A DNA stretch of 64,000 bases. Origin: Klebsormidium nitens (Eukaryota; Plantae; Klebsormidiophyceae). Numbering within the stretch: position 1 is the first letter of the stretch; each line of letters opens with the position of its first letter. Where the stretch lies: assembly GCA_000708835.1 (NCBI GenBank), contig DF237032.1, positions 62,001-126,000 of the forward strand, read 5' to 3'. Shown in pieces: positions 47,427-58,615 of this stretch. A program made the translations under genes and the position numbers. Below the pieces are notes generated by a model. That model saw only the letters and a program-made list of their open reading frames with translations, was not told where the DNA came from and searched no databases.

Positions 47427-50400
47427 TTATGAAGGCGTTTTGAGGAACTCCTCCGTCTCTTGTCGTATCGTGTTCATGAAGGCCACAAAGCCCATCCCGG
47501 TGGCCGCGCCCGCGCCGTCCACGTCCTGCTCCTCGATCAAGTACCGCTCGAACGCTTCCACGTTGTCGTGGCCGCCCCGCAGCATCAGCAGGCGCGGCGT
47601 GATCACCCGCTCCTTCTTGAGCTGGTTTATCGTTTCCCTGATGAGGCCTGGAGAATAGTGGGCGACTATCAATCAGGCAGCAAATGGTACAGAAACTCAA
47701 CACTGCGAGACACGTGTCACAATCAGAGCGAATCAATCTGCTCCCTCGATCTTGAGAGGCCGTGCGAAATGTTTTAGGATGTCGTGATGGACCGTCTCGT
47801 CCGCCGTGAGACCTGCTCGCTTCTACATTCAAGAGCTCCTTCAGAGCTTAGTTTCTAACGAGACTACAGTCCCCGTGCGAGCTGTAAAGCTTCCTGAATA
47901 AAGAGAAGCCCTAGAATCCGCAGGGTATGTAGTACTCCAGGGATGATTCAAAATTTCAACAATGACAGAACAGCGGATAGTACAGCACTCTGTTGCGGCA
48001 ACACAGACGGGAAATAACACTCACAGTCCTGGGGCGGCGGAAAGGGCAGCTCCGTCGGCGCATTCTGCGCATAGTACACGATGAGCGTGGTGAACGCGTC
48101 CAGAAGAAAGATGGGGCTGCCGCTGGTGACGAGTGCAGCGCGGCTGAGGGAGTGCCGCGGGTAGGCCGGCTTGTCGGGGCTGACGTAGGAGCTGAGGACG
48201 GGGTACGTGGCGCGGAGCAGCCACTGGGGGTCGAGGGACCTGGAGGGGCATTCGTTGCGGATGTTGGCAATTCGCCCCTGCGATTAACCGGCCCCCGCAA
48301 GTGATCCGCCTCAGCGATCAATCCACCCCGCCGAAACGCGGGAGAGAAGAATGAGGTTATTCAGGAGGGCAGACAGGAGTTTGTGAGAGAGGGATTTTTT
48401 AAGTGGGAGCTGAGGACAGAGGACGTGGCGCGGAGAAGCCACTGGGGGTCGAGAGACCTGGCAAAATGCGGCGGGGGGAAGGGTCAAAGCAGACAAATTT
48501 TGAAGAAACGGGGGGGACAAAGGTTTTTTTAGTGTGATAGGGGGGCAGTCCAAGCAATGCTTGGTTTCTTGGCGGGCTGCTGTAGGAGCTGAGGACAGAG
48601 GACGTGCCGCGGGGCAGCCACTGGGGGTCGAGAGACCTGCAGGGGCATTGCGGATGATGCGAGTTCGCCCCCGCCTTTATCCACCCCCGCGAAACGCGGG
48701 GGCGAAAATGAGTTGATTTAGGAGGGCAGACAAGCGTTTGTGAGAGGGGCAATCTGCAGTAGAAGCTGAGGACGGGGTACGTGGCGAGGAGAAGCCACTG
48801 GGTCAAAGACCTGGCGTATGGAGGGGGAGTGAAGGAGAAGGAGATGATTTTACAGCGGGACGGTTTACTGTAAGGTGGGGATCTAGTGGTCTGACGAAAC
48901 GGGGTGGGGCGAAAGAGACAATTTGTAGGGGCCAGAAACCGATGTGTGAGATGGGGGTAAGGATCGAGGACGGGGTACGTGGCGTGGAGAACTGACTGGG
49001 GGTCCAAGCACCTATTGGGCCAGAGCGGTGATTGGGAGTCCATTCTACGAAGCAAGGGGGCGAGAAGGGGAAAGATGAGAAGGGCAACTGATTTTGTGAA
49101 AGATGGGAAGCTGCTGGAAGCCTGAGCATGCACTAACCGGAAAGAAAGTATGAATACGTCCGGATAGTAAACGCAACCAATCCCAAGAGAAGTAAAATGC
49201 GCCGCAAGAGGTTTCCGACGCCTTACGAGTAGAGGAACTGGAGGTACGTTCGGACGTCCGGGTGCACTCCCTCGCGGTGGAAGCGCAACAGCGGCCCGCG
49301 CAGCAGCGCAAACACTAGGCGGGGAAGCGACTGAAGGGGAGGGCATCCGCGGAGGCTGGTGTCAACGGATTCGGGAACGCGGCCGAAGCGCGCCATCTCG
49401 AACGCGACGTTGTAGTGGGCGGTTAAGATAACCAACCAGTCCTGGGAAAAAGCGGATGCGCCATATGAGGGAGGTGTTCAAAATGAGAGTATGCTGGAAT
49501 AAAGCATCTATCAAGTAGTTACAGCGGGTTTGATTGGGAACAAGCGTGGGGGCAATGTCGGGGATCGGTCCCGGATGAAAACAGTGATATTCTTCACGGG
49601 GATACTGATCAGAAACTCATCGAAGCAACATTCGATGAAGAAGGAAAGACCGTTCTTACGGGCTGTCGAAAGACTAGCCCATATCTCCAGGAACCAGAGG
49701 CCAGAAAAAAAAGGAAAGACCTTTGTAACGGGCAACCATAACAGTCAACTGAATCAGGTTCCGCTGCTATCCTTCAAGCAGTTCTTCCGGTCGCTTACCT
49801 GCACGAGTATTCGCGCTTCTTTGAGCCCCTCTTCCAGGGACGCCCGGATGAGCTTGTGCGTCAGCAACGAGAGTACGATCTCCGGATCCGCGTGGTCGAA
49901 GAGGTCCTCTGCCGTTCTCGCGATCGGCAACTGCACCGTACGGATCCGCATGCGCCGCCGCAACACGTAGCCCCTGCCATGGAAAGCGACGAAAGCTCAA
50001 CAAACATTGCACATGATAACAACCGGACACAAGCAATTAGGAAGATATTGCGAAGGGCTTGGGAAACAAGAGGCCGTCGCTCAAGTTCCAGCAACAGGAG
50101 GGATCGCCCAATGACGTGGAACGCGCCGCGTCGTCTATTGCTGGACTGGGCATGGCCTCACGGAAACGGACCTGGATGTCGAGAATCGAATGCGCCGGCC
50201 CTGACCAGACTCGAATGATCTCAAGGACAGGGATGACCCGTCTATGCAATTAGATTTCTCTGGCGGTTTAATTGGTCAAAACATTCTTCATATCATGCTC
50301 CAGAGCCTACGGTTCTGGTCTCTGGCGGTTTAATTGCTCACAGCAATCTTATTATCTTGCTCCAGAATCTTCAATCTGATAGTCGGCGACAATGTGCCTC

Positions 50401-53400
50401 ACAATTGAGTCTTGTGGTCGCCGTTGCTGGTCGGGCTGGATGCCGACGGCTCGCCATTGTCGGTCACCCCATCCCTCGGTTGGGCCTCCCGGGGCAGCAT
50501 CACCGTGTACTGGAACACCATCTGGACCACGGGCTGATCCTCCGGTAACCTGCACCACTGCCACAATCGTTTTAGAAGGCCGTTCTTCTCTTGAAGAAGG
50601 TTAACAAGGAGAGGATTTTGAGAAACTTGATGGTGGACGGACAGATTCTCTGGACCACGGGCTGGTCCTCCGGTAGCCTGCACCCACATAGACCTATACT
50701 TAGGTAGGATAAAACCAGGTAGAGAACTGAAGTCAAGGCCCAGGGAACGGGTGGGGTTCGGTTGGGGGGTTAGGGTGGGTTGGAGTGCGATCCCGTGTAC
50801 GTTGAAGTCAGATCAGGACCACTGACTGATCCTCCGGTAGCCTGCACCTGCGCCACGGTTGATATAAAAGGCCACGCTTGCATTGAAAAAGGTTAAAAAA
50901 GGAGAGGATTGGTTAAAAAAGGAGAGGATTGGAGAAATTTGATGGTTGACGGACAGATTGTCTGAGTACAGGCTGATGTCCGGTAGCCTGCACCCGTGCT
51001 ATGGTCAGTATGAAGATCACACTTTCAGGACACGAGGATCAGAAAAGGAGTACAGGGCAACGAGTATGATTGGCGGATCTGGCCGCCCGCCGATTGAACT
51101 GACAGCCGAACCCGTTGGCGTCGACGAAGTCAAACCCGCAAGCGTTTGTGCGAGTGAAAAGTAAAATTGGTTGTAAGTTTCGCCCTTTTTTAAGTCCCTC
51201 TCCAAAGGACCCATGCGCCATGTCGGAGGGAGTGTCCCAAAAAAACACAGCCAAGAATCAAGATTCCTAAACATAACAGACCTAAAACACTAAGAATCTT
51301 GGTTTTGCTGTGTGGCAAACCCGTTATCGTTAACGAAGTCGAGATCGTAGGTCTAAGTATCTTGCGGACCGCAGAAGACGAATTCGAGCAAGTTCATGAA
51401 CCTGCGTCTTCTCCTCAAGGTCTCCATATAACAAAAGCCGGAATCAAAACCCCAAAGCGACCTACCCACAACAACTTTGAAAGGCCAAGAGTTCTAGTAG
51501 CTCTCACGTGCCGAAGCCATTTGCGTTGACGAAGTCGAAGTCGTAGGCGTAGGTATCGTGCGGGTCGCAGGAGATGATGTGGTGCAAGTTCTCGTACTGC
51601 GTGTCCTCCTCAAAGTGCCCGTAAGCTGCCACAATGCGCATCTCGGGCGACGTGCGCAGCCGTAACAGCCCGCCGAACGCATGCGGCCGCCGCAGCATGC
51701 GATACATATCCTGAGGCGAGAAAGACGGACAAAAGTTGTCAGCATTTGATTTCTAGAGAGCGTTCTCCGCAGACTCTGGGAGACAAAAAAGCGAAGAACG
51801 AAGGTACGAGAATAAGAGGCTTAACCCACCAAACGCGGTTTAAGGGCGCATCAACGCCTCTCTTTTGTCGTCTGATTGGGGTTGGACGTGGTTTGCACCA
51901 TTTCTGAGCTACTTCTGTTGAAGTAGAGAACCTCCGATAGGACAATGGACGGATACAGTTTGCTAGCACGAAGTGCAAGTACGAGGGGCGACAAAACCCA
52001 CTACAAACTTCTGCATCAAGTCGACGTAAAGCGGGACTTACATGAGCTAGGTTTTCAAAAAGGCCACCTGACAACGAGAAGGATCGCATACTGGTACCCA
52101 AGTCACTCGACAGAATCGCAGATTCTGCACATCACATGCTTTGCCTCACCTGTGGAAGCGTGCACTCCTCCAACCGCTGGTACAGACATAACGTGCCCCC
52201 GCTTTGACTGCACAGCGGTTCTAACGATGCCAAGTCGCAGTAACCTTCCGAAACTACAAACACATCGCAGCACACGCCGCTCTGAACCGCGAGGGCGGCG
52301 AGGTCGCTGTAGTAGGGGGTCTGCTCCGACAGCAACGCCTTATCTTCGTCGTCACCCCCGTTTGCGTCATGATCGGAGAAGCGCGAGGTGTCGAGCGCAC
52401 CGGCGCCGTAGTCGGGAGGGCCAGAGAGGAAAGCAAAGAGGCGGGCTGCAACCAAAGGGAAACTGGTAGTTAGATATGAATGGTCGCCCCGGATATGAGA
52501 TCTGACAGGGATAGGTACTCCCGTCTTTCGAACTCCAAGGCAGCCTTCCTGCGTTTGAGCTGCACCTCGCGTTCAGATGTCTCTTTCGATTGATCTCTGC
52601 AAGGTGGGTTTACAGATCCAATTGATGGAGCTACAAAAGGCAACACCGCTAGGTTGCTCCCTGCCTTTCAGGATCGCAGCAAAGCCCTGAACCAGCAGGC
52701 CCGTATGCTCATTGACACCGATCCGTATCACACAAAAGCAGGCAAAATCGTCATCCAAATGAAGCCCTTACCCCCGACAAATAGCTGGTTCTCGTCTCCC
52801 CCCACGTACTTGAGTAGAGCGGTCATCGCCGTCCCGAACCCCCGGCCCCCCACCCCCCCGCTTCCGTCGCCCGGCTGCCCCGCCGCAGTTGTGCGCTCCC
52901 AACTAGAGGTGGGGTGTAAAGTGTCCAGGGCGTTGCTGATCTGATCTTTGTACACGTCAACCTGCATATGGAAGGGCTTGAGTATCTAGGGCGTTCTTTT
53001 AATCCGGATCGCGGACTCGGGATGCAATTTCTCACACTGCGATGTTGTCTCTGGTGATTTGTTTTGCTGTTACTTTGGGGTGGCTCACTGTCATATCGTT
53101 TCCTGATACGAAGTAGATTCGGGATTAAAATTCCGTCGGCGAGTAGATTTTGGTGACAAGGTAGAGCCACTGAATTAGGGTGCCCGAATCTCTCGAACAT
53201 CACGAATTGGCTGCAAATGTGACTTCATAAGCGGGGAGAGGATGAGCAAGCAGGCAACCACAACAAACTGGACGGCTCAACCGGATTATATGGTAGCGAA
53301 TGGTCACGCCTCCCCGTTGCTAAAAACGGATCCCAAAAGAGGTCTGTAATTCCCGCCAGGATTCGTTAACAGCTCACCGGCGCGAGCAGCGCCTCGAGTG

Positions 53401-55189
53401 GCATGACGTCATCCAGGTCGAGGGGAAGGGTGGAGTCCGTGGAGGGAGGGATGAACACGTGCTTGACGACGGGGATGTCTCCTTGACAGTCGTACAATCC
53501 TAACTTGTGGCTGAACGTGACCAGGCCAAAAAGGGCAGCGGGAGGGAGCGCCTCGAGCGCCGCCAGCAGCGCGCTCTTGACTAGCTCGAGGAAGTCCTCT
53601 CCGGCTGCACACATTCAGGAGGGTCGTTTTCGACACAGTATAAGCTTCCGAGAAGTTCATTCAGGAAGCGCTTGCTATGAATGCGACAGACTGGGCCAGG
53701 CAACAAAGACTTGCAACGGTCAGCAGAGTGTTTGGAGTGCGACCTCTTTTCAAACCGACCATCAATTTCGGCTTGAACTATGCAAGAAGGAACATAGTGA
53801 CTTGAGTCGATTTGGGTGACCTTTGCGAACCATTGACGAAAACATGCACTCAAGCCGCTCAATTTCTTGTCCACCATCGATTTTCCAATCCTCACCAATA
53901 GGTCAACTGCGGCAACATTTCAAAATGATTGATGAGCAATACACACTACGGCTGCAAAGTTGCAAATTTTTTTCCTCATCATATCCATCCCTCACCAGAG
54001 AGGTCGACTGCAGCGATGTACACAGGCCGTGTGTGGATGTCCTTCCCGACCTCCCGGTCCTCCTCCACCGGCACGTCTAGTTCCACCAGCCCCGGGGACA
54101 GCTCCATGCGCTGACTCAACAGCACCTGGTTGCTGTAGCGCGCCAGCTGCTCCCCTGCAAACTGGTTCTCCGCGTCGCAGAGTGCGCACCGCCACCTGGC
54201 AACATGTGTTGAGATGTCGAGACGGCTATGGCGAACCGGCAACTCGGAGATGAACCGATCCTTAGCCCTCAAGAGCGACAAACGAGGACGCCTGATGGAC
54301 CCCGTTGGCTGATTCCCTCGTATCAGTAGCTTAGGTCGAGACACATTTGCAACCACAAGCGTCGTACTCAAAGTTCAAGTCCAGAAGGGGCAGGCAAAGG
54401 TTGGCCGAGAAAGCATGATCTCCGTGCAACAAGCCTCTCACATAAGATCACCGGACGTTTCAGGGAACAGACATGGAGAGCTGCGGTGGCAGGTTGTAAG
54501 CTCTGAGCTACAGATGTTTCAACTTATGATTTCATAGGTAAGCCTCCCCTCAGAAGAAACATTTTCAATTCAGCAAGTAGGAGCCAGGGGTTGTATCAGC
54601 TTGACGAATGGATAGCTGAAAGAAGATTCAAAGGAAAAATCTGCTCTCACCAGTAAGGCTTGATGCGACACGCAGCATTGATGTATGCAAAGCATTCTTC
54701 GCAGCGCGCCACATCAGATGCGCTGGTTAGATTGGTGTCAGCACCAAGAAGGGGTTGGGCGTCGCTTATAGCAAAAGGCTGGACAACACAGCCCCAGGGC
54801 AGGCCGGTGTCATCAAGCACAGCACCTGCAGTGCAAATGAGACTTCTCGATCGGTTATCTCAAAGTCCTGATACACTGTCTAACAGAATCACGTGGATCT
54901 CAGTGGTTTCAATCTACACAAGGCCTTCAATCGTGGTGGAAGTGTGAAGAGCAGCTTCATGAAAGTGCAAGCGATCAAACGCCGGCATCTTTGTTTAAAG
55001 CATAATCGCAGCTCAATCAGACCGTCCAGCCAATGATCAACGGAGATCTCCTCTTCTTTTAAGGTGCACACGCTGAAGAAGCCAGAGGCAGCCATTGTGG
55101 TTGCTGGTCAGCTGCCAACTTGGGAAGCAGATGATCCTAGCCCGCTCACCGTCCTTTGGAAAACTGTTGACCGAAAAGCGGATGGCCAT
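47427..55189 (-). CDS. SEC23D: Sec23/Sec24 family COPII-related protein, plant SEC23D (At2g27460-like) subtype
   Basis: 12 phase-consistent exons: 55189-55150, 54825-54651, 54195-53996, 53604-53378, 52961-52772, 52445-52150, 51711-51508, 50549-50403, 49973-49799, 49441-49227, 48239-48025, 47647-47427. Zn finger (RCEECFAYIN...WRCALC), RPVYIAAVDLS, FLELVKSALLAALEAL, AFLSGPPDYG and YPRHSLSRAALVTSGSPIFLLD. Confidence 0.93.
48186..49016 (-). repeat. Five tandem copies of the SEC23D exon 11 acceptor plus about 55-60 nt of exon start
   Basis: Acceptor AGs at 48241/48240 (true), 48459/48458, 48638/48637, 48812/48811 and 49013/49012, spaced 174-218 bp. Intronic blocks (ATCCACCCC, GAAACGCGGG, GGAGGGCAGACA, TTTGTGAGAG) are also duplicated at 48320-48390 and 48680-48745. 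Confidence 0.93.
50257..50366. repeat. 62-bp-period direct repeat in SEC23D intron 8
   Basis: TCTCTGGCGGTTTAATTG at 50257 and 50319; TGCTCCAGA at 50296 and 50358. Confidence 0.85.
50523..50995 (-). repeat. Four tandem copies of the SEC23D exon 8 acceptor plus exon start
   Basis: GTGCAG|G(T/C)TACCGGA acceptors at 50551/50550 (true), 50679/50678, 50843/50842 and 50989/50988. A shared intronic block (AAGGTTAA..AAGGAGAGGATT..GAGAAA.TTGATGGT) recurs, and there is a perfect 20-bp tandem repeat at 50891-50930. Confidence 0.92.
51105..51149 (-). repeat. Degenerate copy of the SEC23D exon 7 3' end
   Basis: 34 of 45 nt match 51510-51554 by hand count. The copy encodes TNACGFDFVDANGFG versus TYAYDFDFVNANGFG in the true exon. 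Confidence 0.8.
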
Positions 55190-55630
55190 TCTGCAGTGCC
55201 AGCCAGCGCACCACCACCTCAAATACGGTCTGATTGTTTAATGCAAGCCCCAGAGCGTCTCATAGATTGAAGTGATTGCGTCTAAGATAGCCGCCCGCTG
55301 AAAAAGCTAGGTAGCGCCAGCCAAATGAATACAGAAAAGGGCCAAACTTGAAACGGGGCCGGCCAAGCTCATGCATTGGAACTTTGGAAGGAGCTACTGA
55401 AACCTAAACCCGTTGGTCTCGCGGCCGGGCCGCGGCTTTAAGTGCGGCCGCGGGCCGACGGGTATACGCCTTTTCATTCACTACAGACTACAGTAGTGCC
55501 ACGGGTATACATACGTCCAACCTAGCCTGCAGGAGCCGGCGGCTCTCCGCTTCTTATTGAGAGGTCATTGACACCAGCTTAGTAGAGTGCTCTTTCGTGG
55601 GGAGGTGAGGCCCGCACAAGGCGCCCAAGG

Positions 55631-56679
55631 ATGGAACCAGATCCTGCACCGGTCATTGTTCAGTGCGAGGATGCAGAAGTGGTCGCAGAAAACTTTGTGA
55701 AGCTTGTCGCGAAGCTGTTGGCCAACGGACATGATGCCCACTGTACCGTGTACAGCCAGTCTGGGGGCGCCGCACATCTGATGGACATGCTTTACAAGCT
55801 AGCACGAGCGTTGCGTCCAATGTATCGTACAGACGACCCACGCCTGAAGAAAGCTGACAAACAGCCAAGACTAGAATTGGCCCACCTGACCATCAGCGAC
55901 GATGAGAATCCAAAAAAGTCTCGGGACCTCTTTGCGCAAGGTGGATTTCCGAACCAGGGATGCAGACGCAGGGACGAGGGCTTCACTGAGCTGGTCTGGC
56001 TCCACTGTGGCAGTTGCTACCCGCTCCAATCATATTTGCTCGAAAGCTTCTTGAGGGCAGATCCTTCGAGCTGCCCGACACACATGGTGCATCTTCTGGT
56101 GCCCGGCAAAGGTGGTACACTGTACAGCTGTCAGCTCACCTTCGAGTCATACTCCGTGCTGCATCATGGAGAAACCTGGCACTCCAGTATGCCTGCCCAG
56201 GCGCGATGTTGGAAGTTGCAATGAAGCGCGGGGGGAGCCAGGATTTCCTGGTATTTGCTCAAGACTCGAAGAGCATGTCGCCAGACCTGGCGGTCTTAAC
56301 GTCTTTGCTGCCGCCAAAAGACGTGATTGCGCCGAAGCGCTGGGCCCGGGCGGTTTGGCGCAAGATCTTTGCCAAGCCGATAGAGCAGCCATTGGCAGTC
56401 GACTTTGGTCAGGCTACTAAGGACTCCCGTGTGGTCGATCCCAGAATTTGGCGCTGCCCGTGTTTGGAGACCGCCAATGACGGAGGCGTTGTATCTTGTG
56501 GAGGCGCACCAGCTCAGTGCTTCTTACTGCAAACAGAGGAGAAGAGAATTGTAATCAGCAAATTGGGGCCGGCGCTCGTGGGCCTCACCGCGAGCGGGAT
56601 GGATGACCATGACTTGATAGTCCCATCCAACAAGGATGCTAGACATCTCGACAAGACGCCCGGGCCCGCTTATTGCTGA
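55631..56679 (+). CDS. Hypothetical protein (about 319 aa), two exons
   Basis: ORFs 55631-56224 and 56014-56679 join in frame if an 89-nt intron 56112-56200 (AAAG|GTGGTA...GCCCAG|GC) is removed. It lies head-to-head with SEC23D. No family recognised, and the donor is weak. Confidence 0.55.
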
Positions 56680-58615
56680 TACTTGCATACTTGGCAATCT
56701 CCGAGTCTCAGATGAACGATGTAAACTGCCAGTGATTGCATGCTTGGGTCCAGCATGAGATGCAAACGTCCGGATAGGGTCTGAAAGTCAAGTCACTGTA
56801 AGAACTGTAGTACGTACATCTTTCCCTCCCAGTTTGCATGCAGAAGAAGGCTTTTGAAAGTGGTACAAACCTGCCTTCGAGTGGAATGCCCACGCAAATC
56901 CTCGAACGCGCTCGTCTTGAAGCGCCATGTTACATTACATGGTGTGCTGTACAAGTCTACATGATTGGACTTTGTTGCAAAGCGCGTGGGACAACGGTCC
57001 AAGCGCGTGTCAATCTTCCTTCAGTACAAACCAGGCCAACTTTTTAATATCAGTAGAATCAAATTGCAAATCGTATGATCAACGGGTGCTCTGCCATAGG
57101 CTATTTTAGCATAATCTTACTTGGATGGTATATACATATTGAACGACCAGCTGAGCAGCACAAGTTGAGTTCAGAAGATATAAACAAACTTCGTATAGCA
57201 TGCTCGCCATGCCGGCCAATCATGGTGGAACGGATGCTGGCATCATTGCAACTAGCTCGAGAACGGTCGTCACCACAATCATGCGGCATCGGCGGCTAAT
57301 ACACATCGTGTTCGGATAGCCATTTGCGATTTTTTTTTGGCCATATTGTGCTTCCGGCCAAACACGAAAACCGTGGTGGCTGCGAAAGGCTTTCTTGCAA
57401 AACGTCACTCGCGGCCGACAAGCTAGCAACAACGACAGACATGGTCATCCTTGACAGGCGCTGAGGAACACGGACCTCTCCATGTGCCATCAATCAAAAG
57501 CTGCACCCAATTGTCATGGAACCCTTAGGTTGGGTTCCGTCGATAATCACGTACCCAAAAGTGGGCTTGATCAATGCCCTATTAGCATCATTCATGGAAG
57601 AAGTGTAGCGAACACGGAACGTCCGATAAGATGCCGGATCTCCTTGAATTGGTGCACGTAGATGCACATAAAGAAGTGAACTGGTAACTGAATCAAGGTC
57701 AATTGAGTCCATGACCAGATTCATTCAACTTACACTACCGTTCAACAAAACCTTGATAAAGAAGAAACCTCCATTCGTATGAGCGTCCCAGATAAACGAG
57801 GTTCCGGTAGCTTGGTGTCAGTAATATCGCGCTGTTGTTCCAGATTGTAAACTGCTACAGAGAGCCAAACCCTGCAGAAGAGGAGAACTTGTGCATGAGA
57901 AGGGTTTATGCACCAGAGGGTACCCCACATCCTGTCCAGAAGAGCTTACAGCTAACGGATGGCTAACCAAAGACTGGGAGTCCACCTGTGCTCAGAATCA
58001 CTTCTCTCAGCCAAAGGAGCCAATCGAAATTTGTACCGTTTTGAACGCCTAGTACCGAGTGTTTTTTAGTCGCATGCGAATGAGGATTGACCTGTAACGA
58101 GTCGACGCTCAAAATTATACCTCTCGCTTCTGAAGCGCCTCGTGCTGAAGCAAAGGCAGCCTAAGAAACTTTGGCAGCGTCCTCGACCCAGCAAACGGAA
58201 AGTTCCTTCAATCCGGACATACGCCAGCTTAAGGGGTCTGACAAGGATCTGAAGCGCTGTGTACTCATCTTTGAAGGGAAGAAAGACAGATGAAGCACTA
58301 GCCATATATCAGTAAGTGGATTTTCAAACCCGGTCCGCTCTTACGAGGACAAATAAGCAACCTTTGACGCGTACTGTGTTCAATGAATGATAACTGAGAA
58401 ACATCGGGGAACTTGATTCAACACAAAAAAACCAAGTAAGGGGCTTCAAACCCACTTGCTAACAGACAAGGATTGTTTTGCAACACTCTTTATGATCAGA
58501 AAAGAACCACTTTGAAGCGCTTTGAACCAACTCAAGAGACAGAGAACGCGCCAGAAAAAGCACACCAACCAACACCAAAGCAAAATCAAACATTCTCAAA
58601 AGGTCCCGCACTCAC

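Noticed and set aside
48186-50995. Repeat-spacer-like arrays resembling CRISPR
   Set aside because: The repeats are degenerate copies of the host exon boundary, the spacers are partly duplicated and irregular, there are no cas genes, and the context is eukaryotic.
5909-55189. Apparent endomembrane gene cluster (VMA12, SYP22, YIPF, SEC23D)
   Set aside because: Trafficking genes are numerous and are interspersed here with unrelated genes. There is no evidence beyond coincidence, apart from the SYP22/YIPF pair noted above.
56700-58600. Short ORFs between the second orphan and the DUF1639 gene
   Set aside because: None has coding-like composition or motifs. The terminal exon of the DUF1639 gene is probably here but could not be placed with confidence.
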